From: Alphaproteobacteria bacterium
Lineage (GTDB): Bacteria; Pseudomonadota; Alphaproteobacteria; MPNO01; UBA830
Length of the DNA: 64,000 bases
Reading direction: 5' to 3'
Assembly (NCBI GenBank): GCA_964291215.2
Contig: OZ219791.1
Location: 2,784,001 to 2,848,000, forward strand
Shown: positions 1-10,692 of the stretch, piece by piece
How positions within the stretch are numbered: the stretch's first letter is position 1
How the letters are laid out: each line of letters begins with the position of its first letter
The notes under the pieces: model-generated
What the model saw: only the letters and a program-made list of their open reading frames with translations
Database searches by the model: none
Told to the model about the DNA's origin: nothing
Translations under genes and position numbers: made by a program

Positions 1-195
1 GAACCGCCGGGCGCGGGGCGTATTATCGTCGCCGAGTTGGCAGGAACGTCTTCTGCGACGCTGCGGTCGGGGCAGACGTTTTCGATCCCACGCCGGTGGC
101 CGGCTGGACTGCCGGCGCGGACTGCAGATGCTCTTTTCCCACAGACAGTCGCCGCGAGAGATTCGGGGACGACCAGACAGGCATGGCTTACAGGC

Positions 196-2124
196 ATGAG
201 TAGCAGCGCGATAAACATCACCTTGCCGGACGGCAGCGTGAAAACCTTCGACGGTCCCGTCAGCGGCACGGCCATCGCCGCCGGCATCGGGCCGGGGCTC
301 GCAAAGGCCGCGATCGCCATCGAGATCGCCGGCGAGGTCCTAGACCTCGAGCGGCCGATTGCGCGCGACAGCAAGGTTCGCATCATCACCAGGAAGTCCG
401 AGGAGGCCCTTGAACTGATCCGCCACGACGCCGCGCACGTCATGGCGCAGGCGGTGCAGGAGCTCTACCCGGGAACGCAGGTAACGATCGGGCCGGCGAT
501 CGAACACGGCTTCTACTACGACTTCGCCCGCGATACGCCGTTCACCACGGACGATCTCGAAAGGATCGAGGCGCGGATGCGCGAGATCATCGATCGCGAC
601 CAGAACTTCGTCCGCGAGGAATGGGACAGGGACGACGCGGTTCGCCACTTCGAAGGCGAAGGCGAGGCCTACAAGGCGGAAATCATCCGCGACCTGCCGG
701 CGGACGAGCCGATCTCGGTCTATCGCCAGGGCGACTGGCTCGACCTCTGCCGCGGCCCCCATCTGCCGTCGACCGGACATGTCGGCAGCGGTTTCAAACT
801 CCTCAAGGTCGCCGGCGCATACTGGCGCGGGGATTCGCGAAACGAGATGCTGCAGCGCATCTACGGCACCGCGTGGCGCGACGAGATGGAGCTGAAGGCA
901 CATCTTCACCGCCTTGAGGAGGCGGAGCGTCGCGACCACCGCCGGCTCGGTCGCGAACTCGGGCTGTTCCACTTCCAAGAGGAAGCCGCGGGCAGCGTCT
1001 TCTGGCATCCCAAGGGCTGGATGCTCTACCGCACGCTCGAGACCTACATCCGCTGCCGCCTCGCCGCCGCCGGCTATCAGGAAGTGAAGACGCCGCAGCT
1101 GATCGACCGCGCACTGTGGGAGGATTCGGGACACTGGGACAAGTTCCGCGAGCACATGTTCACCGCCGAATCCGAGGACGGCCGCGTGCTTGCGCTGAAG
1201 CCGATGAACTGCCCGGGCCATGTCCAGATCTTCCGCCAGGGCATCACCAGCTATCGCGACCTGCCGTTCCGCATGGCGGAGTTCGGTTCCTGTCACCGTA
1301 ACGAGCCGTCGGGTGCGCTCCACGGCCTGATGCGGGTGCGCGCGTTCACCCAGGACGATGCGCACATCTTCTGCACCGAAGACCAGATCACCAGCGAGAC
1401 CGCTGCGTTCTGCGATCTCCTGATGAGTGTCTATGGCGATTGCGGCTTCAGCGACGTCACAGTGAAGTTCGCCGACCGTCCGCCGGTGCGCGCCGGCGAG
1501 GACGAGGTATGGGACCGTGCCGAGTCGGCGCTCCTCGAAGCGGTCGAAACGGCCGGGCTCGGCTACACGCTGAACCCGGGCGAGGGTGCGTTCTACGGGC
1601 CCAAGCTCGAGTTCGTGCTCCGCGACGCCATTGGGCGGGACTGGCAGTGCGGCACCCTGCAGGTCGATTTCGTGCTGCCGGAACGGCTCGATGCATCCTA
1701 TGTCAGCGAAGCCGGAGAGAAGCGCCGGCCGGTCATGCTGCACCGCGCCATTCTTGGCTCGTTCGAGCGCTTCATCGGCATCCTGATCGAGCACTATGCC
1801 GGGCGCCTTCCCATGTGGCTCGCGCCCGTGCAGGCCGTGGTCGCTACCATTACCTCCGACGCCGAAGCCTGGGCGGGTGAGGTCGTACAGGCGCTCCGCG
1901 ACGCCGGTGTGCGCGTGCGGTCCGACATCCGCAACGAGAAGATCAATTTCAAGGTGCGCGAGCACAGCGTCGCCAAGGTCCCCGTCATGCTGGTCGTCGG
2001 CCGGCGCGAAGCTGACGCGGGCACCGTTGCCTGGCGGACGCTTGCCGGCGGCAGGCAGGAAGTGCTTGCCTTGGAAGACGCCGTCGCTAGACTTGTGGAC
2101 GAGGGTAGCAGTCCGGCGTTATGA
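196..2124 (+). CDS. thrS: threonyl-tRNA synthetase
   Basis: TGS N-terminus (ITLPDGS), [44 protein letters not shown]. Start taken as ATG 196; the ORF track start at 37 is an upstream TTG. Confidence 0.98.
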   Translation: MSSSAINITLPDGSVKTFDGPVSGTAIAAGIGPGLAKAAIAIEIAGEVLDLERPIARDSKVRIITRKSEEALELIRHDAAHVMAQAVQELYPGTQVTIGPAIEHGFYYDFARDTPFTTDDLERIEARMREIIDRDQNFVREEWDRDDAVRHFEGEGEAYKAEIIRDLPADEPISVYRQGDWLDLCRGPHLPSTGHVGSGFKLLKVAGAYWRGDSRNEMLQRIYGTAWRDEMELKAHLHRLEEAERRDHRRLGRELGLFHFQEEAAGSVFWHPKGWMLYRTLETYIRCRLAAAGYQEVKTPQLIDRALWEDSGHWDKFREHMFTAESEDGRVLALKPMNCPGHVQIFRQGITSYRDLPFRMAEFGSCHRNEPSGALHGLMRVRAFTQDDAHIFCTEDQITSETAAFCDLLMSVYGDCGFSDVTVKFADRPPVRAGEDEVWDRAESALLEAVETAGLGYTLNPGEGAFYGPKLEFVLRDAIGRDWQCGTLQVDFVLPERLDASYVSEAGEKRRPVMLHRAILGSFERFIGILIEHYAGRLPMWLAPVQAVVATITSDAEAWAGEVVQALRDAGVRVRSDIRNEKINFKVREHSVAKVPVMLVVGRREADAGTVAWRTLAGGRQEVLALEDAVARLVDEGSSPAL

Positions 2125-2187
2125 TACGACGAAACAGCTTCGTGGCCGCCGCGCTGGCCGACAGTTGACAATTCGAGGAGAAAATCG

Positions 2188-2724
2188 ATCGCACGACCCC
2201 CGCTGACCGAGCCGCCCGTGAGGGACGATCGGCTCGTGAACGATTCGATCCAGGCGCCGGAGGTGCGCCTCATAGATGCCGCCGGCGAACAGGTAGGTGT
2301 CGTTTCCCGCGAAGCAGCGCTCGAACAAGCCGCCGACAGCGGGCTGGATTTGGTCATCGTTGCCGTCAATGCCGAACCGCCGGTCTGCAAGATCATGGAT
2401 TACGGCAAATTCAAGTATGACGAGCAGAAAAAACGGAACGAGGCCCGGAAGAAGCAAAAAACGATTGACGTCAAGGAAGTGAAGCTTCGTCCCGGGATCG
2501 ATACCCACGATTACGAGATCAAGATGCGGTCGATGAAGAAATTTCTCGACGAGGGTGACAAGGTGAAGGTCACCATGCGCTTCCGCGGCCGCGAAATGGT
2601 GCACCAGGACATCGGCGCGAAGGTGCTCGACCGGGTGCGGGAGGATCTCGACGGGCGCGTCAAGATCGAGCAGTTCCCCAAGATCGAAGGCCGCCAGATG
2701 GTGATGGTGCTGGCGCCGCGCTGA
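2188..2724 (+). CDS. infC: translation initiation factor IF-3, probable ATC start
   Basis: VRLID...[14 protein letters not shown]...KEVKLRP...FRGRE. SD GAGGAG at 2175-2180 lies 7 nt before an in-frame ATC at 2188. Confidence 0.95.
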   Translation: MARPPLTEPPVRDDRLVNDSIQAPEVRLIDAAGEQVGVVSREAALEQAADSGLDLVIVAVNAEPPVCKIMDYGKFKYDEQKKRNEARKKQKTIDVKEVKLRPGIDTHDYEIKMRSMKKFLDEGDKVKVTMRFRGREMVHQDIGAKVLDRVREDLDGRVKIEQFPKIEGRQMVMVLAPR

Positions 2725-2753
2725 TGGCGGCTCCGGTTCGGCGCCGGCTGCCG

Positions 2754-2939
2754 CTAGTTGTCGGCGGAACTGTCCGAGGCAGGTACGTGGACAAACCTGC
2801 GGCCGCAATACGGGCACTCGACCTCGCCATCCTCCAGCGTAAGGAAGATCCTCGGATGCCCGAGCACACCGTCGCCGTCGCAGGCGACCCTCCGGGCCGC
2901 GGTCTCGACGGTCTCCAGGGGGGGGGATGCTGTCGCCAT
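2754..2939 (-). CDS. zinc-finger (CHCC-type) small protein
   Basis: VACDG...GHPRIFL...CPYCGRRF motif. Confidence 0.85.
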   Translation of the reverse strand: MATASPPLETVETAARRVACDGDGVLGHPRIFLTLEDGEVECPYCGRRFVHVPASDSSADN

Positions 2940-3080
2940 GGTCCCGTTGTTCTCCGAGAAGGTCTTTGCCGGAAGCGGACGGCTCGAACCCCTGTTCGCG
3001 CCGTGCCGTCGCCCGCATCGTCATGCGGGGGCGATGATAACCGATCCGGCAGGCCGGCAAAAGACGCGGCCGCGGCGGGT

Positions 3081-4031
3081 CTGCTGCTCGTTATCGCGGT
3101 TCTGGCCGGTTGCGCCGTGCCGCAGGCGGTCCTGCCGGTGCCGCCGCCCGCAGCGTCGCGGATGACGGACGATCGCATCCTTGCCGGCGATGGCGCTGTC
3201 CTGCCGCTGCGCCGCTGGATGCCTGAGGGCCGGCCGCACGCTGTCATCGTCGCGCTCCACGGCTTTAACGACTATTCGAAGGCCTTCGACGCTCCCGCGT
3301 CATACTGGATGTCGCAGGGAATCGCGACCTACGCTTACGATCAGCGCGGCTTCGGCCGCGGTCCGCAGCGCGGACTCTGGGCGGGCCAAGATGTTCTGGC
3401 ATCAGATGCCGCCGCCGCGGTCTCGCTCGTGCGCGGCCGCTATCCCGGTGTGCCGGTCCATGTTCTCGGCGAGAGCATGGGCGGAGCTGTTGCCATGATC
3501 GCCGCCGCGGCGGGACTGTTTGAGGCCGACGGGTTGATTCTGGTGGCGCCCGCTGTCGGGGGTCCGCGCTATCTCGGGCCGGTGCTGCGGGGCTTGTTGT
3601 GGCTCGCGTCGCGCATGGTCCCCTGGTTTCCGGTCACCGCCGAGGGGCTGAGCATCCGTCCCTCCGACAATGCCGGGATGCTGCGCCGGCTTGGACAGGA
3701 TCCGCTGGTGATCAAGCAGACCCGGATTGCAACTGTCGAGGGGCTGGTCCAGGCGATGGACGGGGCGCAGGCGGCTGCGGGGCGCCTCCATATTCCGGCG
3801 CTGTTGCTCTACGGGTCGCGGGACGAACTGGTGCGGTCAAGGCCGTTTCGCGATGCAGTGGCCGCCCTTCCCCCGGAAGCTGGCCACCGGACGGCGGTCT
3901 ACAAGTCCGGCTGGCACATGCTGCTCCGGGATCTTGAAGCGAAGATCGTGCATGACGATATCGCGGCGTGGATCGCGGATCGCCGTGCGCCCCTGCCTTC
4001 CGGCGCCGACCGCGTATGGCAGGGGAAGTGA
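3081..4031 (+). CDS. alpha/beta hydrolase (lysophospholipase-like), probable lipoprotein; start uncertain
   Basis: LHGFNDY, YDQRGFG, GESMGG nucleophile elbow, GWHMLLRD; hydrophobic stretch ending in LAGC lipobox. Confidence 0.85.
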   Translation: MLLVIAVLAGCAVPQAVLPVPPPAASRMTDDRILAGDGAVLPLRRWMPEGRPHAVIVALHGFNDYSKAFDAPASYWMSQGIATYAYDQRGFGRGPQRGLWAGQDVLASDAAAAVSLVRGRYPGVPVHVLGESMGGAVAMIAAAAGLFEADGLILVAPAVGGPRYLGPVLRGLLWLASRMVPWFPVTAEGLSIRPSDNAGMLRRLGQDPLVIKQTRIATVEGLVQAMDGAQAAAGRLHIPALLLYGSRDELVRSRPFRDAVAALPPEAGHRTAVYKSGWHMLLRDLEAKIVHDDIAAWIADRRAPLPSGADRVWQGK

Positions 4032-4181
4032 GACGCGCAGCGGTTCGGGTGAGCCGGACCGTACAGGACGCGTCATCTTCTCGGGTGCGGCTGTCCGGTG
4101 CGTTCCGGCAGTCGCCTTGATGCTCGGCGGTGCCCGGCGCTCCGTGAAGGCGCGGCTTGCTGCCGCGGCTGCCGGGCTCTA

Positions 4182-4942
<761 letters not shown>

Positions 4943-4952
4943 GCGCCACGCC

Positions 4953-6266
4953 TTGAGTCCCACTTGGACAGGAATTGTCGGCCTTCTGGCGCTGTTCGTG
5001 CTGCTCGGCATGCGCATGCCGGTGGCGGTCGTGATGACGCTGCTCGGGATCATCGGCATCTGGGTGCTCAACAGCTGGAGCGCGGCGATGTCGACGCTCG
5101 CTGACGAGGCGTGGGTCATCGTTTCCAACTACGAGTTCATCGTCATTCCCCTGTTCATCCTCATGGGGAACTTCGCTTCGATCTCCGGCATGAGCCGCGA
5201 CCTCTACACGGCCGCCTATTCTTGCCTCGGCCACTGGCGCGGCGGTCTTGCCTCGGCGACGATTGCTGCCTGCGCCGGCTTCGCGGCCCTGTCAGGGTCC
5301 TCGGTCGCCTCGGCCGTGACCATGGGGCGCGTTTCGCTTCCCGAGATGCGGCGCTACAAGTACTCCAACCGTCTCGCCACCGGCGCGATCGCGGCCGGCG
5401 GCACCCTTGGCATCCTGATCCCGCCGAGCACCGGCTTCATCATCTATGCTATCCTCGTGGAGGAGTCGATCGGACGGCTGTTCCTTGCGGGCGTGCTGCC
5501 CGGTCTGCTCCTGACCGTACTGTTCATGATCCAGATAGCGATCATGACGCGCCTCAATCCGGAACTCGGTCCGGCCGGGCCGCGCTCAAACTATCGCGAG
5601 CGGGCCGCGTCCATCGCCCAGGCCGGACCTATGATCGTGATCGTGCTGATCACCATCGGGGGTATCTACACCGGCATCTTCACCCCGACCGAGGCGGCCG
5701 CCGTTGGAGCGATGCTCGCCTTCCTGCTGGCGCTGACCCGTCGGCGGGTTACCGGCGAATCGATGTCGAAGGTGCTCCTGCAGACGGTCCGCACGACAGG
5801 ACTAGCCTTCTTCATCCTGATCGGGGCGCACATCTTCAATCCGTTCATGGCCCTGACCGAGATTCCGTCCGACCTCGCAGCCCTTCTGATCGACGCCGAA
5901 TTGCCGCGCACCGTCATCATGCTGATCATCATGGCGGCCTATGTGGTTCTCGGGACTTTTCTCGAAGGGTTCGCCATGCTGGTGCTGACGCTACCGATCG
6001 TGCACCCGTTGATCGTTGAGCTCGGATACGACTCGATCTGGTTCGGCGTGGTTGTCGTCATCGTCATAGAGATGGGCCTGATCAGCCCGCCGGTGGGCGT
6101 GAACGTCTTTGTCGTGAAGGGGATCGCCGAGGATGTACCGCTGCGGGAGATCTTTGCCGGCATCGTGCCGTTCTGGATCGCGATGATGGTCTGCCTCCTG
6201 ATACTCCTCGCCTTTCCCGAAATCGCGCTGTTCCTGCCCGACACCATGATCGAATCGTTCGACTGA
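4953..6266 (+). CDS. TRAP transporter large permease (DctM)
   Basis: IPLFILMG, GGTLGILIPPS, FTPTEAAAVG, GLISPPVGVN motifs. Confidence 0.95.
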   Translation: MSPTWTGIVGLLALFVLLGMRMPVAVVMTLLGIIGIWVLNSWSAAMSTLADEAWVIVSNYEFIVIPLFILMGNFASISGMSRDLYTAAYSCLGHWRGGLASATIAACAGFAALSGSSVASAVTMGRVSLPEMRRYKYSNRLATGAIAAGGTLGILIPPSTGFIIYAILVEESIGRLFLAGVLPGLLLTVLFMIQIAIMTRLNPELGPAGPRSNYRERAASIAQAGPMIVIVLITIGGIYTGIFTPTEAAAVGAMLAFLLALTRRRVTGESMSKVLLQTVRTTGLAFFILIGAHIFNPFMALTEIPSDLAALLIDAELPRTVIMLIIMAAYVVLGTFLEGFAMLVLTLPIVHPLIVELGYDSIWFGVVVVIVIEMGLISPPVGVNVFVVKGIAEDVPLREIFAGIVPFWIAMMVCLLILLAFPEIALFLPDTMIESFD

Positions 6267-6573
6267 GGCGCCCCCGAGCACCGCCCTGATGCAAATCCCG
6301 TCATGTGAAGAGAGGCTCGCGACACATCATTGCGGATACGTTAGGTGTCGACTACAGCACCAGACACCAGCGCGGCCCGGAGTTTTGATGTCCATGAACT
6401 CCGTCCCAATTCCGGCACGCGGTCCATCCGGTGCGGGAGAGGCTGCTGCGCCGCCCCATGGCTCGCCTGAAGCCGGAAATTACGGTCAAGAAGACCGGTC
6501 CGAGACGGCGCAAGTCCCGATGCACTCAGATTCTGCATCAGATGGGATCACCGTCACCGCTCTGGAACCGGCA

Positions 6574-6602
6574 TTGACAGTCCCGCACACGCATAGCAAA
6601 CT
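6574..6602 (+). promoter_or_regulatory. possible sigma70 promoter for dctP
   Basis: TTGACA-17 nt-CAAACT upstream of ATG 6668; weak -10. Confidence 0.35.
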
Positions 6603-6667
6603 CCCGTCGGATGCGGTGTGCTGCAGGCCTCCGATCTGTCCCACCGTTTCAATCAAGGGGATGTCCG

Positions 6668-7675
6668 ATGACCAGAATCACGACTTCGATGATCACCGCT
6701 TTTCTTGTCCTTGTCGGCCCATCGCTCGCGGTTGCCGCCGACCTCAAGGTGGCGTTCTTTCCCGGGCCGAAGCATCCGATCAACGCACGCATGCTGGCGC
6801 CGTGGGCCGACGGAATAAACGCCCAGAAGGCCGGTCTGCAAGTGAAGATCTTCGTTGCCGGCAAGCTGGGCAAGGGCCCGGCCAAGCAGTTCAAGCGCGC
6901 GCTTGATCGCGTTGCCGACGCCTCGTTCGGGCTGCAGGGATACACGTCGAAACAGTTCCGCGCGACCACGCTCGTCGAACTTGCGAATATCATGACGAGC
7001 GCCAAGGAAGGCACCCGAGCGCTGAACGCCGCCTATGCGAAATCCGAAGCGCTCCGCAAGGAATATTCCAGGGTGAAGGTGCTGGCGCTCTGGACCATCG
7101 ATCCGCCGATGATCATGACCAAGGACAAGCCGATCAAGACGGTAGCCGACCTCAAGGGCCTCAAACTGCGCACGCCGTCGCAGATGTCGGCGCGCTCGAT
7201 CAAGGCGCTGGGCGCCGTTCCCGTGCCGATGCCGATCACCAAGCTCTACAACGCCCTTGCCCGCGGCACCGTGGACGGGGTTCTGGTCTCTCCAACCGTG
7301 CTGCACACCTTCAAGATCAAGGAGGTCACGCGGCATTTCGCCCATGGCGTTCCGTTCGGCTCGTCGCCGATGTTCATCGTGATGAACCGTGACAGCTGGA
7401 ATGAGCTGTCGTCCGCCCACAAAGACATCATCACCAAGTCCGTGGGGACGAATTGGGGTAATGTCGGCGGCCGGATCTATGACGAGGAGAATGCCAAGGG
7501 CATCAAGTTCCTCACCGGATCGAAGGCGCATAACCTCGTCAAGCTGCCGGACGCCGAAGTTCGCAAGGCGCTGGAGATGCTCGCCAAGCTCGAACAGGAA
7601 GTTGTCGCCGAATGGGAGAAGCAGGGCATTCCGGCGACGGAAATCCTCAAGATTATGCGTGCTGCCGGCGCCTGA
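6668..7675 (+). CDS. TRAP substrate-binding protein (DctP)
   Basis: Signal peptide, DLKGLKLR, LGAVPVPMP...LYNALARGTVDG. Confidence 0.93.
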   Translation: MTRITTSMITAFLVLVGPSLAVAADLKVAFFPGPKHPINARMLAPWADGINAQKAGLQVKIFVAGKLGKGPAKQFKRALDRVADASFGLQGYTSKQFRATTLVELANIMTSAKEGTRALNAAYAKSEALRKEYSRVKVLALWTIDPPMIMTKDKPIKTVADLKGLKLRTPSQMSARSIKALGAVPVPMPITKLYNALARGTVDGVLVSPTVLHTFKIKEVTRHFAHGVPFGSSPMFIVMNRDSWNELSSAHKDIITKSVGTNWGNVGGRIYDEENAKGIKFLTGSKAHNLVKLPDAEVRKALEMLAKLEQEVVAEWEKQGIPATEILKIMRAAGA

Positions 7676-7738
7676 CGCCGGCGACCGGAAAGATCCCGTC
7701 AGAATCAGGGGGTCTTCCCGGCCCCAGGGGTAGCCGGA

Positions 7739-8053
7739 ATGCTCTACGCGATATATGGCGTCGACGGGGCTGACGCCGACCGCATACGCGCCGAGAACCG
7801 TGAGGCGCACTTCGCCTATCTCGAGCGCTGCAGGGATATTCTCGTGCTCGGCGGGGCGACTCTTGCTGACGACAGCGACGCCCGGACCGGCAGCCTCCTG
7901 ATCATCAACGTCCGGTCGCGCGCCGAGGCCGACGCGTTCGCGGCGGCGGAACCGTTCAACAGGGCCGGCCTGTTTCGCGAGCATGTGGTTACCCGCATGC
8001 GCCGGGGGCAATGGAATCCCGAGGCTGCGCCGGCAACCGCGGAAGGCGACTGA
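7739..8053 (+). CDS. YciI family protein
   Basis: REAHFAYL...GSLLII...AEPFNRAG. Confidence 0.85.
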   Translation: MLYAIYGVDGADADRIRAENREAHFAYLERCRDILVLGGATLADDSDARTGSLLIINVRSRAEADAFAAAEPFNRAGLFREHVVTRMRRGQWNPEAAPATAEGD

Positions 8054-8215
8054 ACGGCGGATCGCTGAAGCAGGCGGGCGCCGATTGATCCGCAGCTTGC
8101 CGCTCCGCCAGCCGCCTGACACCCAGTTACTGCGCGACGTACGGATGGGACGACGACGGCGTGGCAGCGGTCACGTGCCTGTTCCGGAACTGCCGTCGGC
8201 CCGGAGCCGGCAGTT

Positions 8216-8884
8216 TCAGAAATCGAGATCGGTGTAGTGGGGTGGCGGCGGATTGCCCGGCAGGCGGTCTGCCAGGATCGCCCGAAAGGACGGGCGCGAC
8301 TTGATGCGTGCGTACCACTCCTTGACCACAGGATAGTCCGCCCATGGAACGTCATCGAGATAGTCGAGGCAGGATAGGTGCGCGCTTGCAGCGATGTCCG
8401 AGGCCGAGAACATCTCACCTGCCAGCCATTTTCTCCGGTCAAGCAGCGACGAGGCGTATTCCAGGTGGCGCCGGATATTCTCATGGCCGCTGTGGATCGA
8501 GCGCGAATCCGGAGATCCTTGGCCGAGCAGGTGCTTGAGGACCTTCTCGCCGACTAGGCAACGGGTGACCTCGTCGTTGAAACTGCCGGCGAGCCAGCCG
8601 ACCAGCCGTCGGATCTCGGCGCGCGCCGTCGCCGTGCCAGGATAGAGGGCGGGATCGGGGTGCTCTTCCTCCAGATATTCGGCGATTGCCGCGGCATCCG
8701 ACAGGGCCGTTCCCTTGTCGTCCGTGAGAATCGGCACGCCGCCGGCCGGTGTTCCGGCAAGGCCTTCCGAATCCCGCCCCGAAAGATCCTGCGGATGGAG
8801 TTCGAAGTCGAGAGCCTTCTCCCCGAGGACGATCCGGACCTTGCGGCAGGGTGCGGACAGTGGCAGGTGATGCAGCGTGTACAT
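8216..8884 (-). CDS. glutathione S-transferase family protein
   Basis: LSAPCRKVRIVLGEK, AIAEYLEE, WYARIKSRPSFR, HYTDLDF C-terminus typical of alphaproteobacterial GST/FzlA-like proteins. Confidence 0.9.
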   Translation of the reverse strand: MYTLHHLPLSAPCRKVRIVLGEKALDFELHPQDLSGRDSEGLAGTPAGGVPILTDDKGTALSDAAAIAEYLEEEHPDPALYPGTATARAEIRRLVGWLAGSFNDEVTRCLVGEKVLKHLLGQGSPDSRSIHSGHENIRRHLEYASSLLDRRKWLAGEMFSASDIAASAHLSCLDYLDDVPWADYPVVKEWYARIKSRPSFRAILADRLPGNPPPPHYTDLDF

Positions 8885-9071
8885 GATTGCAATCTAGCCG
8901 GATCGGGGCGCCTCGAAAACAACCCTGGACAGCTTTCCGAACCCGGCATACCGCATGCGCTTTCCTGCTGTCCGCATGCTGGCGGTTCTGAAGGATCGTC
9001 GACAGCGGTTGCCGCCCGGGGGCACTCGGCGTACTATTTCGGCGTGCTGCGGGTCCGTGGCGACTCCCCTG

Positions 9072-9851
9072 ATGGATGCGATCCTCATTTCCGACATGCC
9101 CGAGCCCGCAATCAAGGTCGAGAAGCTCACGAAGCACTTCGGCGAAATCATCGCGGTCGACGGGGTGAGTTTCAAGGTTCCCGAAGGCAGCGTGTTGGGG
9201 CTCCTCGGTGGCAACGGTGCGGGCAAGACCACGACGATCTCGATGCTGCTCGGGCTGCTGACGCCGACATCCGGTCTCGTCAGCGTACTCGGCGTCGACA
9301 TGTGGAAGGACCGCTACAGGATCCTCTCGCAGATCAATTTCTCGTCGCCCTATGTCGACCTGCCCAAGCGCCTGACGAGCCGCGAGAACCTCCTCGTCTA
9401 TGCCCGGCTCTACGGCCTTCCGCAGCCGGCCCGGCGGGTAGCGGAACTGGCGGATGACCTCGCTATCGGCGACTTCATGGAACGGCCGTTCGGCGAATTG
9501 TCGTCAGGCCAGAAGACCCGCGTGTCGCTCGCCAAGTCGCTCCTTAACAAGCCGAGGCTGCTGTTGCTCGACGAGCCCACGGCGTCGCTCGACCCCGACG
9601 CCGCGGACTGGGTGCGCGGCTATCTGGGCGATTTTCGCAAGCAGCATGGCGGCACCATTCTGCTCGCATCGCACAACATGATCGAGGTCGAACGCATGTG
9701 TGACGATGTGCTGATGATGAAAGCGGGGCGCATCGTCGATCACAACACGCCGACAGCGCTTCTCGCCCGATACGGGCGGGCAAATCTCGAAGACGTGTTT
9801 CTTGACATTGCCCGGAACCGCGATGCGGGCGCCGCGGCAGCCGCTTCATGA
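9072..9851 (+). CDS. ABC transporter ATP-binding protein
   Basis: GGNGAGKTT Walker A, LSSGQ signature, LLLDEPT Walker B. Confidence 0.93.
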   Translation: MDAILISDMPEPAIKVEKLTKHFGEIIAVDGVSFKVPEGSVLGLLGGNGAGKTTTISMLLGLLTPTSGLVSVLGVDMWKDRYRILSQINFSSPYVDLPKRLTSRENLLVYARLYGLPQPARRVAELADDLAIGDFMERPFGELSSGQKTRVSLAKSLLNKPRLLLLDEPTASLDPDAADWVRGYLGDFRKQHGGTILLASHNMIEVERMCDDVLMMKAGRIVDHNTPTALLARYGRANLEDVFLDIARNRDAGAAAAAS

Positions 9852-10675
9852 TCCCACCCCTGGGCGACCCGCCCAGCCGCTTGTTCTCGCCCGCGCGCAT
9901 TGTCGCGATGGCGCTACGCTATTTCTACCTGCTGCGCGGCTCCTGGCCACGCATCGTCGAGCTCGGCTACTGGCCGACCATGCAGATGCTCATCTGGGGT
10001 TTCATGTCCCAGTTTCTCGCCGATCACTCCGAATGGTTCATGCGTGCCGGTGGTATCTTGATCGGCGCGGTGCTGCTCTGGGACATCATGTTCCGGTCGA
10101 ACATCGGCGTGACCATCTCGTTTCTCGAGGAGATGTGGTCCCGCAATCTCGGCCAGCTCTTCGCGAGCCCGCTCCGGCCCTATGAGTGGGCCGTGTCCCT
10201 GCTCGTCATCAGCGGCATCCGGACCGTGATCGGCGTGGTTCCGGCTGCGCTGCTTGCCATACCGCTCTACCACTACTCGATCTTCGACATGGGCTTCGCT
10301 CTCATCGCGTTTTTTGTGAACCTCCTGATCTTCGGATCTGCCGTCGGGCTGGCGGTGTCGGGGCTGATCCTCCGCTTCGGGCTCGGAGCCGAGAGTCTCG
10401 CTTGGGCTGCGATATTCGCCGTCGCCCCGCTCAGCGGAATCTACTATCCGATTGCGACGCTGCCGGGTTGGCTGCAGCCGGTTGCGCTGGCACTGCCGTC
10501 GGCGCATGTATTCGAGGGCATGCGGGCGGCTGCCATCGACGGCGTGTTCCTGCTCGACCGGTTCGTCTGGTCGGTGGGGCTCAACGCCGTCTTCCTCGCC
10601 ATCGGGCTCGGCGCGTTTCTCTTCGCGTTCAGCCTGGCCCGCCGCCGGGGACAGTTGATGCAGATGGGCGAATAG
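9848..10675 (+). CDS. ABC-2 type exporter permease
   Basis: Hydrophobic segments, SGIYYPIATLPGWLQ; 4-nt overlap with the ATPase gene. Confidence 0.9.
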   Translation: MIPPLGDPPSRLFSPARIVAMALRYFYLLRGSWPRIVELGYWPTMQMLIWGFMSQFLADHSEWFMRAGGILIGAVLLWDIMFRSNIGVTISFLEEMWSRNLGQLFASPLRPYEWAVSLLVISGIRTVIGVVPAALLAIPLYHYSIFDMGFALIAFFVNLLIFGSAVGLAVSGLILRFGLGAESLAWAAIFAVAPLSGIYYPIATLPGWLQPVALALPSAHVFEGMRAAAIDGVFLLDRFVWSVGLNAVFLAIGLGAFLFAFSLARRRGQLMQMGE

Positions 10676-10692
10676 GTGGACAGGAGGCGCTA

